A stretch of DNA of 32,880 bases from the NCBI GenBank assembly GCA_000934665.2, contig JYFJ02004337.1, positions 1 through 32,880 of the forward strand. Direction: 5' to 3'. The notes below the pieces were generated by a model. It was not told where the DNA came from and made no database searches. It worked only from the letters and a program-made list of their open reading frames with translations. Made by a program: the position numbers and the translations under genes. This DNA is from Catajapyx aquilonaris (Eukaryota). Shown piece by piece: positions 10,031-22,000 of the stretch. Position 1 is the first letter of the stretch. Every line of letters begins with the position of its first letter.

Positions 10031-10353
10031 GTCTTGACTAAGGCGTGGGGACGGACATTGATCACTTTTCACTGCGAGTGTAAACTGATCTAACCTAACC
10101 TAACCTAACCTAACCGACCCTAACCTACCCTACCCTACCCTAAGTAACCTAGGCTGAGAAAAATGGACTTTTGTGAAACCCTACAAATGAAAATAGCGGG
10201 GACATGTCCCCACTAATTTACACATGTCCCCACTGTAATAGTACACTTCGCGTGTGTGAGACTGTGGGGACCGACAAATGTCCCCACAATTGGAACTGGT
10301 CCCCACAGCTCCAGTAAAACCACAGACTTCCGTCCCCAGACCTTAGTCAAGAC
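10031..10353. mobile_element. Non-autonomous TIR element sitting between two (CA)n tracts, with internal (CCTAA)n and GTCCCCAC motifs
   Basis: GTCTTGACTAAGGCGTGGGGACGGA (10031-10055) against the reverse complement of 10329-10353, 23/25 match; repeated TGTCCCCAC/GTGGGGAC; (CTAAC)n at about 10089-10150; CA tracts on both sides. Confidence 0.78.
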
Positions 10354-10358
10354 CTGAT

Positions 10359-10383
10359 CACACACACACACACACACACACAC
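10359..10383. repeat. (CA)n microsatellite
   Basis: Read directly. Confidence 0.9.
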
Positions 10384-10900
10384 CTATGGATATATGGTGG
10401 TGATGGGGATATGGATGAAGCCCTTTGTGTTGGTGTAGCTGTGGGGCTTTGGGGTGACCGCACCAGGTTATTCTTTGTTGTGGCCCTGCCAGGCACGGTG
10501 ACTGGCATTGTCCGATGATTTTATTTTTAGTTAGTTGCGAGCTGAGCGCTTATTTATTGTGTGTTGTGCATTCGCCCAAAAGTGTACGCTAAATGTCAGA
10601 CTTGCTCCAACGCCCCACAGCGCAGCGTTGCGTCGCCTAGCGCATCCTGTTGACGGACGTCGTAACCCGCCTCGTCGCGTCTGTGCATGGAAAAGCTTGC
10701 GGGAATTAGTGCTTATCTTAAACAGTTAAACATGCTGCTCTACATTGTTATTCAAGTGCTGTTGAGTAGCTATTGGCTTGTTCAGAGACATTGGAGTAAT
10801 GCACAATCATTTGTACGCAATTAATTAAATAATATATAGGAAATGGCGTAATGCGCGCGGTTAGTAGGCCTACCCTATATACCCAGTCATGGAGTAAAGG

Positions 10901-10990
10901 CAGTGCCGGATTTACGGCAAGGCAACCTAGGCAGTTGCTGGGCAGTTGCATATAGGGCGGCAGATTTCATGGGGCGGCATTTAGGCACAC
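10901..10990 (+). mobile_element. Possible solo left end of a hAT-like MITE
   Basis: Starts CAGTGCCGGATTTA and contains repeated GGGCGGCA and GGCAGTTGC motifs typical of hAT MITE subtermini; no matching right end found. Confidence 0.35.
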
Positions 10991-11819
10991 ACAAAAAAGT
11001 TAACGAAGAATTAATAATAAATAATTACGGGGAAAGCAATTACTTTTAATGCAGATTATTGTTATTCCCCATCCATTTGATTCGTTACGTGAGTATATCG
11101 TCTTCGCATCCGTGCCATTCAAATATTTGTCATGCGGATATCGGAACCTATAGTTCGTGCCATGAATATTAGACGTCACCACGTAGTAACGTCGATAGAA
11201 ACGTCAGCCGAATAACCTTAGGGACGACACAGTTTCTGACCACGGCTGGATTGCACCGTCTGATAGGTCAAGATGAGCATCAATCGATTGACACCGTTCC
11301 CAAATGGGACAAAAGACGTTGCTGGCATGCAACACATGACACACATGAAAGACACAGAAAAATAGATCGAAAATATATTTAATTACGAATGCACATTTAG
11401 CCGCATTGGCACCGTCATGATGATTGCTATTACTTCGGAAGCAATTTGTATCACACTGTATTAAAATTAATCACGAATGGTCAAGACAGAATGAAGAACC
11501 AAGATTATAAAGCAAACGGGCAGTTCATGTAAGAAAGTGGCAGGCCAAGGCATGCAAGAGGAACTGAACAATCATAAAAATTATTTCAATCGTTATAAAT
11601 TTCTGCTTTCCGCTTATTCAAAATGCCATACAATCTGAGGAAACACTAACCGTTTTATACTTTGCTCTCTATTGTGTGCATTATATTATTTTACACGTCA
11701 CACATTGGCACTCGACATTTTAACATGTCCACATGTTACTCAAAGTGCAATATGTGATCAAGAAAACTCAATATACCAAGTACGTAATAGCTGATTGTTT
11801 TAACTGCCTAACATGTGTC

Positions 11820-11868
11820 AAATCGAGGGTAGAAAAGTGTAGTTACTACACTTTCCTGCCCTCGATTT
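11820..11868. repeat. Near-perfect 49-bp palindrome
   Basis: 24-bp arms with 2 mismatches around a single T at 11844. Confidence 0.85.
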
Positions 11869-14406
11869 TATAAAGTACGGTATCTCTTGAAATAGTTGAA
11901 AACTTAATCACAAGCTTGTTACTACCAATTACTCATCAGTGCACATAATAATAATAATTCATTTTCATTTTTTGGTAACATAATGTTCATTTATTCAGTT
12001 AAAATTCACACATCTCCCCTTGCCCCGTCCGAGAGGTGGCGTATACGATACGAGGCGTTTATTCTAGCAACCAATTTGGATGCAACTGGCTAATATAGCG
12101 AAAAAAAAAATGGAAGGTCGCATTCACTCTTGTGCTTGTTGCTTATTCCCTTTAATGATTTTCTGGACCAAACAATGCCCATGTTAGACTGGTCTTGACC
12201 AGTGTATTGTATACATCTGCGTATGATCAATTATTTTGTGAATAGTGTTCAGGTGTATAAGATTTTAGTTCCATGTCCGGAACGAACAGGTGAAATGAAC
12301 GTAACAGCAGGGCGCGGCAATGTTGGTGGGTTTTCAAGGGTATTGTGAATCTCCTCCTCTTCACATTAATACAAGAGGAGGTCAAAACACTTCCACCTGC
12401 ATCAGCATGATGGGTGGAGTGACTCGATTATGTCGCAAGCAAGGACCTCCGATACCACATTACTCTTCCAAGGCCTGTAACCTAATCTGGGCAGTGGGTT
12501 TGTTCCAGTGCCTCACATATTTTTTGTGTAGTACGTGGAATTACAGTTGAGAGAATAATACGTACTGTGCTGTGTGAGTGGGACGAATGAATCTTGTTGG
12601 AGGAAAAGAAACTCATCGAATTATCGATTCCCAGTGGAAATGTCGCGTATAAAGAGTCGGGCGAAACGGATACGAGTCACGCCATCTTCACTGGAGGATT
12701 TCATTATAAGAAATTAAATCAATTTCCGCAAAAGGAGGTTATGGTTACGCAACTTTCAGTCGATGTGTCAAGAATTATTGAAACTCACTCTGAATGGGAT
12801 GAAAAATATTTGGTATTTCCTGTGTAATAAATAATTCGGGGTTTAATCAGTATAGTCTTAATAAAGAATAATTGATAAAATGATGCATATTACAGGTACA
12901 TGGGTACTTACGTCACAGACGCAACAATGATTTTTAACACTGCGAATTTATGACATAAACATGAGGAACAGAATGACAGCACTGTTTCGGCTCTAAGGAA
13001 TCACCTATGATGTTCTATGATGTGACATACTTATTGCTCATTGATTGACTCCATTGCAAAAGGAGAGTCTTCTGTCAAGGATAAACGCACTGTTAGACAC
13101 AGCGTAATTCAATTAAAGCCTAACAAGTCATGCACAAGAAAAGAAATGAGCCACAATTAATCAATCAATTTGGGCCCGAGGTCCACAACCCAAGTGGAAG
13201 GTGAAGGCTGTGTTTGTCAGATCAATTCGGCACATTGCCATCGTGTATCAGGTCTCCGCTGCTGTATGTATGATGTGCCGTCCGTGACGTCATCTGTAAT
13301 AATAATTGCACATTGCTCGGCACCGAGTTTAATTGGCATCCGATACACAGATATATACCATTTGATGCACGACACCGGCAACATCCTGATCAAAGGATGC
13401 ACTCGATCAAGTGAGTGTCAATGCCAATCGAATAAAGGGCCGAATAAAGGTTTACAGTGCACATTATTACATGACTCCGACAGTAATAAAATGGAGTTAA
13501 TCAGTTCCGGCTTCAGATTCAATGTCATCCCCGGTTTTATTGCTGTAGACTGCAAATTACGAATGGATTTTAAACGAGTTAATTACTTGCACAATATGCA
13601 GGTTGCGCACTGCCCAAGTCCTTCTAAGATTCGGATTGTTCGCCCCAGCAACCAGTTTAAAGAGATGAGGCAATCGTGATTGTTGCTGGTGTATACAGGG
13701 CGAACAATATTCGTCATTCTTACAAATTGGAGACTTTGGCAATGCTCCATCCTGTATAGCATAGGCGTGTAAAAAAATGTAGTTATCATTACTGTTAAGT
13801 AAATACTTAGTAACAGGCTAGCATGTCAGTATCCGCAGACTGCCTGTAAAAAAACCAGTGTTGCATCACTGCTGCTCTTCAGAGAAAATAGCTCTGTGGT
13901 GCGATAATGGCTTTAGCAGTGTGGGACTATTTCCGAGTAAAAATGTTGGAGGCGACACTGCTCGGAGCTGCGTTTGCGATGACATTCGCATCCTTTTTCG
14001 CGTCACTGGCAATGACGAATATATTGCACATATAAAGTTTTCAGGAGGATCATTATACGTCCGCTTGCCCGTAATAAGCATGACTGACATCACTTCAAAT
14101 GCGCGGTGAAAGTCATTACACTATAGGATGTGGTTTGCTTCTTCTGTGGGGAGTCTGTCATCGTCATGCTGCCTTAATTTACATCCTACCGATGACGTGA
14201 CCTGATTTAAAATGACGGCACATGCTCATTATCACTTCTGAGTGTATTAAGTTCGTCATAATACACAGGGTGGCGCACTATCCAAGTCCACAGTGTTAAC
14301 GAGAAGTAGAAGGATTAGTGCTATAGTTCAGGACAACAGTAAAATTAGAAGCAACAATTGACCATCACCAGTATGCTTGCGTCTTCTGAATCAGGTTCAC
14401 TTTGGC

Positions 14407-14461
14407 AAGTGGACCCGGTCTAGACCCGGTCCACTTTAATCGGTGCAATGTAAATGCGCCC
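14407..14461. repeat. 30-bp quasi-palindrome followed by a Harbinger-like terminal sequence
   Basis: AAGTGGACCCGGTCTAGACCCGGTCCACTT (one mismatched pair), then TAATCGGTGCAATGTAAATGCGCCC, which resembles PIF/Harbinger MITE ends (inference). Confidence 0.45.
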
Positions 14462-15839
14462 GGATTTAATTGGTACAAGACAGGAAAACGACAAATTAAT
14501 GTACAAATTGCGATGAATCGTCAATTTGCGTATTGTTAAGTCAATTTTTGATGCATGTCAATATCGAACGAACGTATATTGCAAAAATATTGAACGGTAC
14601 AATAGGCTATTGCACCGTTTCGTCTGTCGTCTCACAGATTTTTGTCATCATGCAGGAGACAATTTTAAAATAGGGAGAAAAAAAATCTTTATATATACAC
14701 TCTCACCCCGATTGTTTTTTTAAAAACCGTCTGGCAGATGGGAAATAGATTATTAACACGGAAAAAAGAGGCGCGTGTTGCGAATGCAAAAAAAAAGAGA
14801 GAGGAAGATTTTGACGTCAGGAATAGCCTGTTACGTCTTTCTCCCTTCCTTCCGAGTCACATTTTGGTCCCAAAGCTCATTAATCTCCCTATTTCTCACA
14901 AGATGTGTGCCAATAAAGCGACAAAGTTTGAAGCCATTCCCGTCCTTGACTGGGTACAACAGCCTGGCTGAAGAAAAAAAAAACGCTATGTGAATAATGT
15001 AACACCATACATGGACAAGTAGTAGAAGCCAAAAAGGGCAGACCCTAAGGCACCTGATGAGCCTCTCTTCTTTAGTAAAAACCACCCCGTCGCAAATGTC
15101 CAGCTGCGACAACATCCATATATGTACACTTTATTTGTTAAACGGGTTCATGCTGCTCGTAATTTTTCTGGGATGATGACTGCAGTTTGATACTACGTTG
15201 CGTTAAATAAAATAATACAAGAAAAAAAACGCCTTTAGAAGGTGAAGGAGACTGGGAAAATTTATGGCTCTCTCTACTTCTTGGTCAATACACTTCTCAC
15301 CTTGAGACCGACCTGACTTGGTTTTATTATTTTGTTGTGCCCTCTGTGCATACGGTAATGTACCAGAATCAGCAGGCTGGAGCCAAGTAATCAGGCGTGA
15401 CTTGAATTAGCAAGAGCAACATATTCGTAATCAAACCAGTGATTGGTAAAGAGAAGTGTGCAGCCATAAATGTTCGATTTATTGTTACGTACTGCACAGT
15501 GCTCGGTAAAAATGGATGGTCTGTTTCGTATTAGGAACAATATTTAAAGGCCTGTTGCACGTATCAGTATTGTTTATATAAACCTAAATAAACATGTAAA
15601 ATTAATATACCGGTATACTACACGAAAATTAGCGCTCATGTCACGACAGCCTTGCTTATCAGTGGTCTCTGAGGGGCTACTCCTACTCATAAGTGTCAGA
15701 AGATGCGGTGTACCGTATTTCTCGGAAGCTTTTGAATTATGCCATCTCCGCCCTCCCACCCTCGGAGAAGTGAGAGGGAAAGCTTCTCAACGCCCACCTT
15801 ATTCACTGGCTTTGAACTGATATTTAGAGTCCTCACATA

Positions 15840-16020
15840 CTCCATTGGGCGGGGTCTAGTGTGTCATGTGTGAGCAGCCTCCCACATATTCTCTACACAC
15901 TAAACTCCCTTCCAACCCGCACCCTCCCCCCAACCACCACTACTGTGCCCCCCATCCAAGGGCTGGAAAAGTTTTTGGTCCTCAGTTCAGCCTGTGGTCT
16001 CTGAGCAACCACAGGTCATT
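15840..16020 (+). promoter_or_regulatory. Putative thrombospondin core promoter
   Basis: GC box GGGCGGGG at about 15847, C-rich tract 15907-15955, arthropod Inr consensus TCAGTT at 15982-15987 about 100 bp before the ATG. No TSS data. Confidence 0.3.
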
Positions 16021-16081
16021 ATGAACTCGGTTCGGGCTTAGTGAAGTGTGCCTCGATTTTTTTTAAAAACAAACTTTTAAA

Positions 16082-19000
16082 ATGAAGTCCCAAGGGAGAG
16101 TTTGCCTGTGCGGGATTGCTATCGGATTGATTACTTTGATCGGACTGGTCAATTCCTTGCCCTATGATCCCGGTAAGTGTGCAGGAGCCACACTGTCACT
16201 GGCTCAAAAAGTACTGTTCTTTCGTAACTGTATGACTGATAAAATATTACACATTTCAATGGAACGGGAGAGATATTTAAAATGTGTAGCGAACATGTGC
16301 TCCAGGATAGCTCACCTGAGATAAGTGCCATTCCGAATAAATGTGGTTTGCAAAATAAAAGTGAAAAAAACGTCATTATATTGTACGAGTACATGCTTTT
16401 TTCTTAATTTGGTGTGTTGGAAAGCATATTGTCACTGATATCTCTTGGTCCAATAGCATGTTGTTGTGAGGTAGTACAATTATGAAAAATCCATACTGCT
16501 GTATACTGCAGTTGGAAGGCTGGTTCACACCGGCATCGTTGCCTTTGCCCAAAAGGCAAACAACAACGTTTGTGATTTGATTGATCCTTCGTGAAATAAT
16601 TGAAACCTGATATGGCTTACGTGACAAAAAAAAAATTCTTTACTCTAATTTGTCACAAATGAAATATTATTAGTAATTCATCCTATAGCTATTGGTCATC
16701 ATAAGTGATGTCGCTACAACCTTATTGGTCCTTAGTGACGTAGTGTGATTGATCCATCATAACCTAACCGTTTATTGGTCCTTGTGATGTAACTGCAATC
16801 TAATTGGTCTATAGAGACATAATTGTCATTGATTGGTACTTTGTGATGCAACATGTCATTTTATTGGGCCTTCCTGCAATTTTGTGACGTGATTTCACCT
16901 CAACTAAAATGTGAAACTTCGCGGCTTTTCGATCTGAACCATTCGAACCTCCCTGTTTTTTTCCGCTAGTTGCGTCAAAGGAACTGAACGACGCTGTGCA
17001 AAGAGACTCTCTTGTCATAAGAGTGAAAAATGTGACGCCTCGACGCCGGTTACGGGAGCCGATCGAGACTCTCTTCGCCGTGGATTTCCCCGGAACCAGA
17101 CAAAGATTCAGCCTCCTGACGGACAGAAGAACCCACAGAAGTGAGTATTCGCATTATTATTATTATCTCGGTTCACAAGAAAAAGCAGCATGACTTAAAG
17201 TATACTGTTGTAACTCAGATTTATTATAAGGACCCTGAATGTAGTTTGATTCATATGGCATATGCCATGGTAAAATATTACAGGTGAACACATTGGGTGA
17301 ACAACACTTCTATAGGACCTTGCAGTATGTGCACACCGGATTTGTTGTGTGTCTGTATTGTTTGGAAGATTTATGTCGGGTTAATTAATTATTTTGTTTG
17401 TTTACCTCAGGTGCTGTGAAGAGTTTTCTACAGCGCTCATTTTCATTCATGACCACAGTACACTTGCGAATAATTTCTTGGTATTATTAACTACTTTAAC
17501 ACTACAAGCTATTAGCATTGGTATACATTTGAAAGAAAGTGACGTGGAATATTAATAGAGATAGAAATCTACGAGTATGTCCACTGCATACCGTACCCTT
17601 ATATGATTCACTGCATTTCATGTTGTCTATACAGTATTTATGTGCTTTTTTGCACTCGATGTTGCGTCTCCATATTTTTCCATCGAAAATTATGTTTCAT
17701 CTGCAGTTATTATGATATTTCCTCATTGAAACCCATAATGAATATGAGGTATTTTATTGACATAATGAGTTACTCTGCCATCTTTTTACCTGCCAATGCG
17801 TTCTGGTAGTAACTGGAACCTATATATTTTTTTCTCACGTCGGGTACACACACCGGATGTACAGAAACATATAAGTGTAGGAGCGAAGAAAGTGTGCCGT
17901 GATGTGGGTAGGGGCACGTACAGCTTTACGACCGTGGCGAAAAAAGGGACAGGACGTTCACTCCGCCCCTGCTGAGACCATTTCGGGCAAAAGACCAGGG
18001 AGATAGGTGGATAGGACCTAAATTCAAAGACCTGCCGAAATAAGTTGGGGGGCGTCGAAGTACAACTGCGGAAGGACCTTATTTTCGGTTGTTGTTTTTT
18101 TTTCTTCCGATGGGTGTTGGGTGGAGGGGAAACAAAACCTGTTTAGATTCTGAGCACACGAAGGATGGAGAAGCAAGGATTATATCTGAGACACTCGTAG
18201 GTGTCTTGTCCGAACCTACGCAGAGACGGGTCTCGGAGAGAGTTGCCATTTGACATTCCAGTCAGAGTTGTGTTCCAGTTTGTCAATGGACAATCGAACG
18301 GGATTTTCAGCTGCCCACGCCTACAAACTCCTCTTGTTCGGCAGCAGTCATCAGATCTTTTTTAGCTCGTTAGACTTTCGTCTTGCTTCAACGCCTCCAT
18401 TAGCTGGCTGCTAGGCAAGGTCGGTCTGGCCTTTGGTTGACACCAACTACTGCATAAGTACGGGTGTGAATGGGGGTTGCCGACCTCTCCGACTTTTGCT
18501 TTACTCAATGAGCATGATGTGCATTATGTGACTATAGCATTCATCCTGGAATATTAGGCAACACAACAGCGGAGTGACGCTGCGGTAACGTACGAGCCCA
18601 CGGATGTTAAGGTCCCGGGTTCGATCCCAGCCCGGGGGCACCCCATTCTCCGACACTCCGACATGATCGGAAATTTCTTCCCTAATTTGTCCTGACACAA
18701 ACGGCCCTCATTCTTAAGCAAAGTTTGACAATCTCACTAAAAATTGCATTTACATGGGCGGTATCCTCCATGCAATATAACCGCCAATAAACTTCATACA
18801 CTTTGCTCATTTTTCTGTACAGTAATTATCGAGACTGTAGAAGATGGCCACACCCGATCTCAAGACTTCAGCACGGAGATGCTGACCTTGCAGTCAATGC
18901 ATCGTCATTTCCTGATGGACGTCCAGCAGGTGCAGCCTGGTGCCAGGATAGCCCTCTACCTGGACTGCCAGCCTCTGGGGATGATACACACCGGTCGCAC

Positions 19001-22000
19001 CTTGCGAGAGATGCATCAGAGGATGCCTCTCGTGCAGCTCAGAGTGGTATGTCTCTCGTCGGCATACATATGGCGAGTGTTCCTTTGTAATAGACATCTT
19101 GTTGCAGACCAGGGAGAGGCGCATATCGATGTCTAGCTCAGCTGAGACGAGCATCAGCGAGGCCCTGAGCACCATGGGATGCAACCCATTCCACGAGCAG
19201 CAGGTCCTTCCAGACACCAACGAGATCTACACCTACCGCCGAGGTAGGGGCCGGCGCGTAGAACGAGCCGCAGCACCACAATATAGCCGCAGCAAGTATC
19301 CAGTGCCCAGCCCGGTCCTAACCCACACACACACGCTTTACAAAAAAAAAGGGAGAAAAATGACAATCCCTGCGTCTCGCTTGCTATTTTCTAATAATAA
19401 TAATAAAACATGTCCAGCTACGACTTTACGACAACTACGCAGCTCACCGACCGTGGACCGATGCAGCTCTTTCCATCGAGGATATCTTCCTCCTTCCTAA
19501 TAAACATGGCTATATGCAAATCACGTACTGATAGGCTATATCTAACTGTTAATGTCATCGTAAACGCACAGTAGATATCATTCAGCTCGGAAGACAATTT
19601 TATTCCGGTTTGGAACAGAAAATAATTGCGGGAAAAAATTTGTGGGCCTATTGAAATTGAACATCACAAAATATGGAGTACACTCTCTGATTAATTAATT
19701 AATTTGTTTCTTCGTTGGTTTGTTTATTTATTCATGCATCCATTCACCAGTTTGCCACTGTTAGGGAGAGAAGATCAGCATATTTTTGAATATACGGAAG
19801 GGGACTTTTTAAAGAAATCGCTGTGATGCAAGCGCGTGCATAAAAAAACCTTCATGTGCATCCATGATTTATTTGACCATATATTATTTCTCTAACTGGA
19901 AATTATTCATCAACATGATTTTGAAAACGGCCACTATAAGATGCAAATTGGGATGTGGCTTTTTGGGTCCAGGAACTCGTATTAGTCACATGGTAGGCCT
20001 AACAATTAATTTGGGATTGCACGCAATCTGAAAAAATTCTAATAACGTTACACAAAAGGAACCATCTAAAATATTGCCAGCTTTGTACATACTGCAAATG
20101 ATGGAGCTTAAAATATTGGTAACACGTGCAAAATGGAAGTTGTCAGGATGGGCCATTACTGGGAGACTAACACCACCGGCTATATGTGAGTATAACAACA
20201 ATTAGAAATTGACACCAAAATAATGTCACATTCAGCTTTGTTATGAACGCTTTTTTTATTATTGCGACTTACCCATTGAAACCCCCTACCGCTTTTTTAC
20301 TGCACTTCTTAGATTCTGTACATTATCAGTTTACAAAGAGTTTTCTTCTGTATCCACCAAAAATGTCGGCAATTAATTTAACTATTGTTCCATTTAGGCG
20401 ATATACCCAGTAGTCATCAGGACTTGGAAGAGAGAGGTAATGTCCACTTCCCACATATGATCCAGCGACTCACCTCAAAAATTTTCAAAAACTGCAAAAC
20501 CATTTTTTTTTCAGAGTCGCTCCTGATAAAAACACTAACGGAGCTCATATCTGCTGTCAAGCAGCTTCAAGTGGAAGTTCAAGCCCAGGTTAGTGTGAAA
20601 CCTTTTGACCCAGATGAGTAGTTCCATTATGGCAAAAGGGTGTTATCCCAACATGGTCTAAGCAAGGGATGATAAACAAAAGCAGGAATGACTTCTCCAC
20701 GCCTCCTATGGACAAACCTGTTCTCTCCATTCATCACGTCCACTTATTTTTTCGCAATGGCCGATAAAGCGATTCTCTCTCACTATTTGTTTTTTCATGT
20801 GACTATTTGCAGCGCAGTGAGACGAGATATCTACGAGACGCCTTGGAAAACTGCGCCATGTGTCGCGAGGGTAAGGATTACGACGACATCAACTTAGACA
20901 AAGTAGTTTAGCTGTCATTAACTCGGGTTGCTGGTTTCTTTACTTAACCTCTTTTTTTTCAATTTTTCAAAATGGTGGTGTACTTTGCTTTTAACATGGC
21001 GCAATAAAATGTGTACTCGCCTCGATTTTGTGTATACTTCATCTCAGCATGACTGTCCAAAGCTGTTCAACTAACGCGTTGCACAATGCAAATCCTGACG
21101 TGTTTACTTCAAGTGTGTTCAGCACTTTTAAGACCATTTCACACAGCAATAAGCAATAATATGGTGACAACAGAATTTTTTTGAAAAAAAATAACCAAAT
21201 TAAACTCGATACGAAACTGGTCCACTGTACACGGCAGGAGTTGCGTTCACAACGATAATGTCCTCCGACCACGGGACAGTCTGGGTAATCCCGAAACCTT
21301 CATGGAAGAAGGTCCACTAACACCGTACAGTAGGTATGTCCCACTGTGTTTTGTGTTGTACCTGTACACTGTACCCGACTCTACAAAAAAGGCCCGCCTC
21401 GAACTGGATGCAATGCAAGTCCTGCGCCTTGCTTCCCCGGAGTCCAGTGCCAGGAAGGTCCTGAAGGAGTACGGTGCGGACCGTGTCCTGCAGGATACGT
21501 CGGAGATGGACGGTCCTGCAAACCGGGCATCACATGTCGAGATCGTCCCTGCTTCCAAGGTATGCGTACCCTGTACCATAATGTGCCAAATGTGAGTCCG
21601 GATTTCGTTGGCAGGTGTGCAGTGTTACGACACCACTGAGGGCTTCAGATGCGGTTCTTGTCCGTCTGGGTACGTCGGCGACGGACAACGATGCACAAGG
21701 AGAAGCGTGTGCGAGAATAGGCCGTGTCACCAGGGAGTGCAGTGCCAGGACATGGAGGATCCTCCGTATTACAGGTGCGGAGGATGCCCCGCCGGTATGT
21801 CTGGCAACGGTTCCCAGTGCACAGACATCGACGAGGTATGTTGGGTTGACACGATCGACGTTGTGTGGGTCGTAATTTTTACATTGCTATCAACAGTGTG
21901 ACCTGGCAGAACCATGTGATCCTCGTGTACGCTGCGTGAATCTCATCCCTGGTTACCGCTGCGACCCATGTCCATCTGGGTACACCGGAAGCCCTGGAGT

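Noticed and set aside
12594..12827. 77-aa ORF with protein-like composition
   Set aside because: TTG start, no splice support and no recognisable motif.
13170..14109. 169-aa ORF and neighbouring ORFs
   Set aside because: No domain pattern, non-ATG starts, and antisense frames contain stops; treated as chance ORFs.
18569..18640. tRNA gene
   Set aside because: A and B boxes are present but no complete cloverleaf or acceptor stem, so it is called a SINE head.
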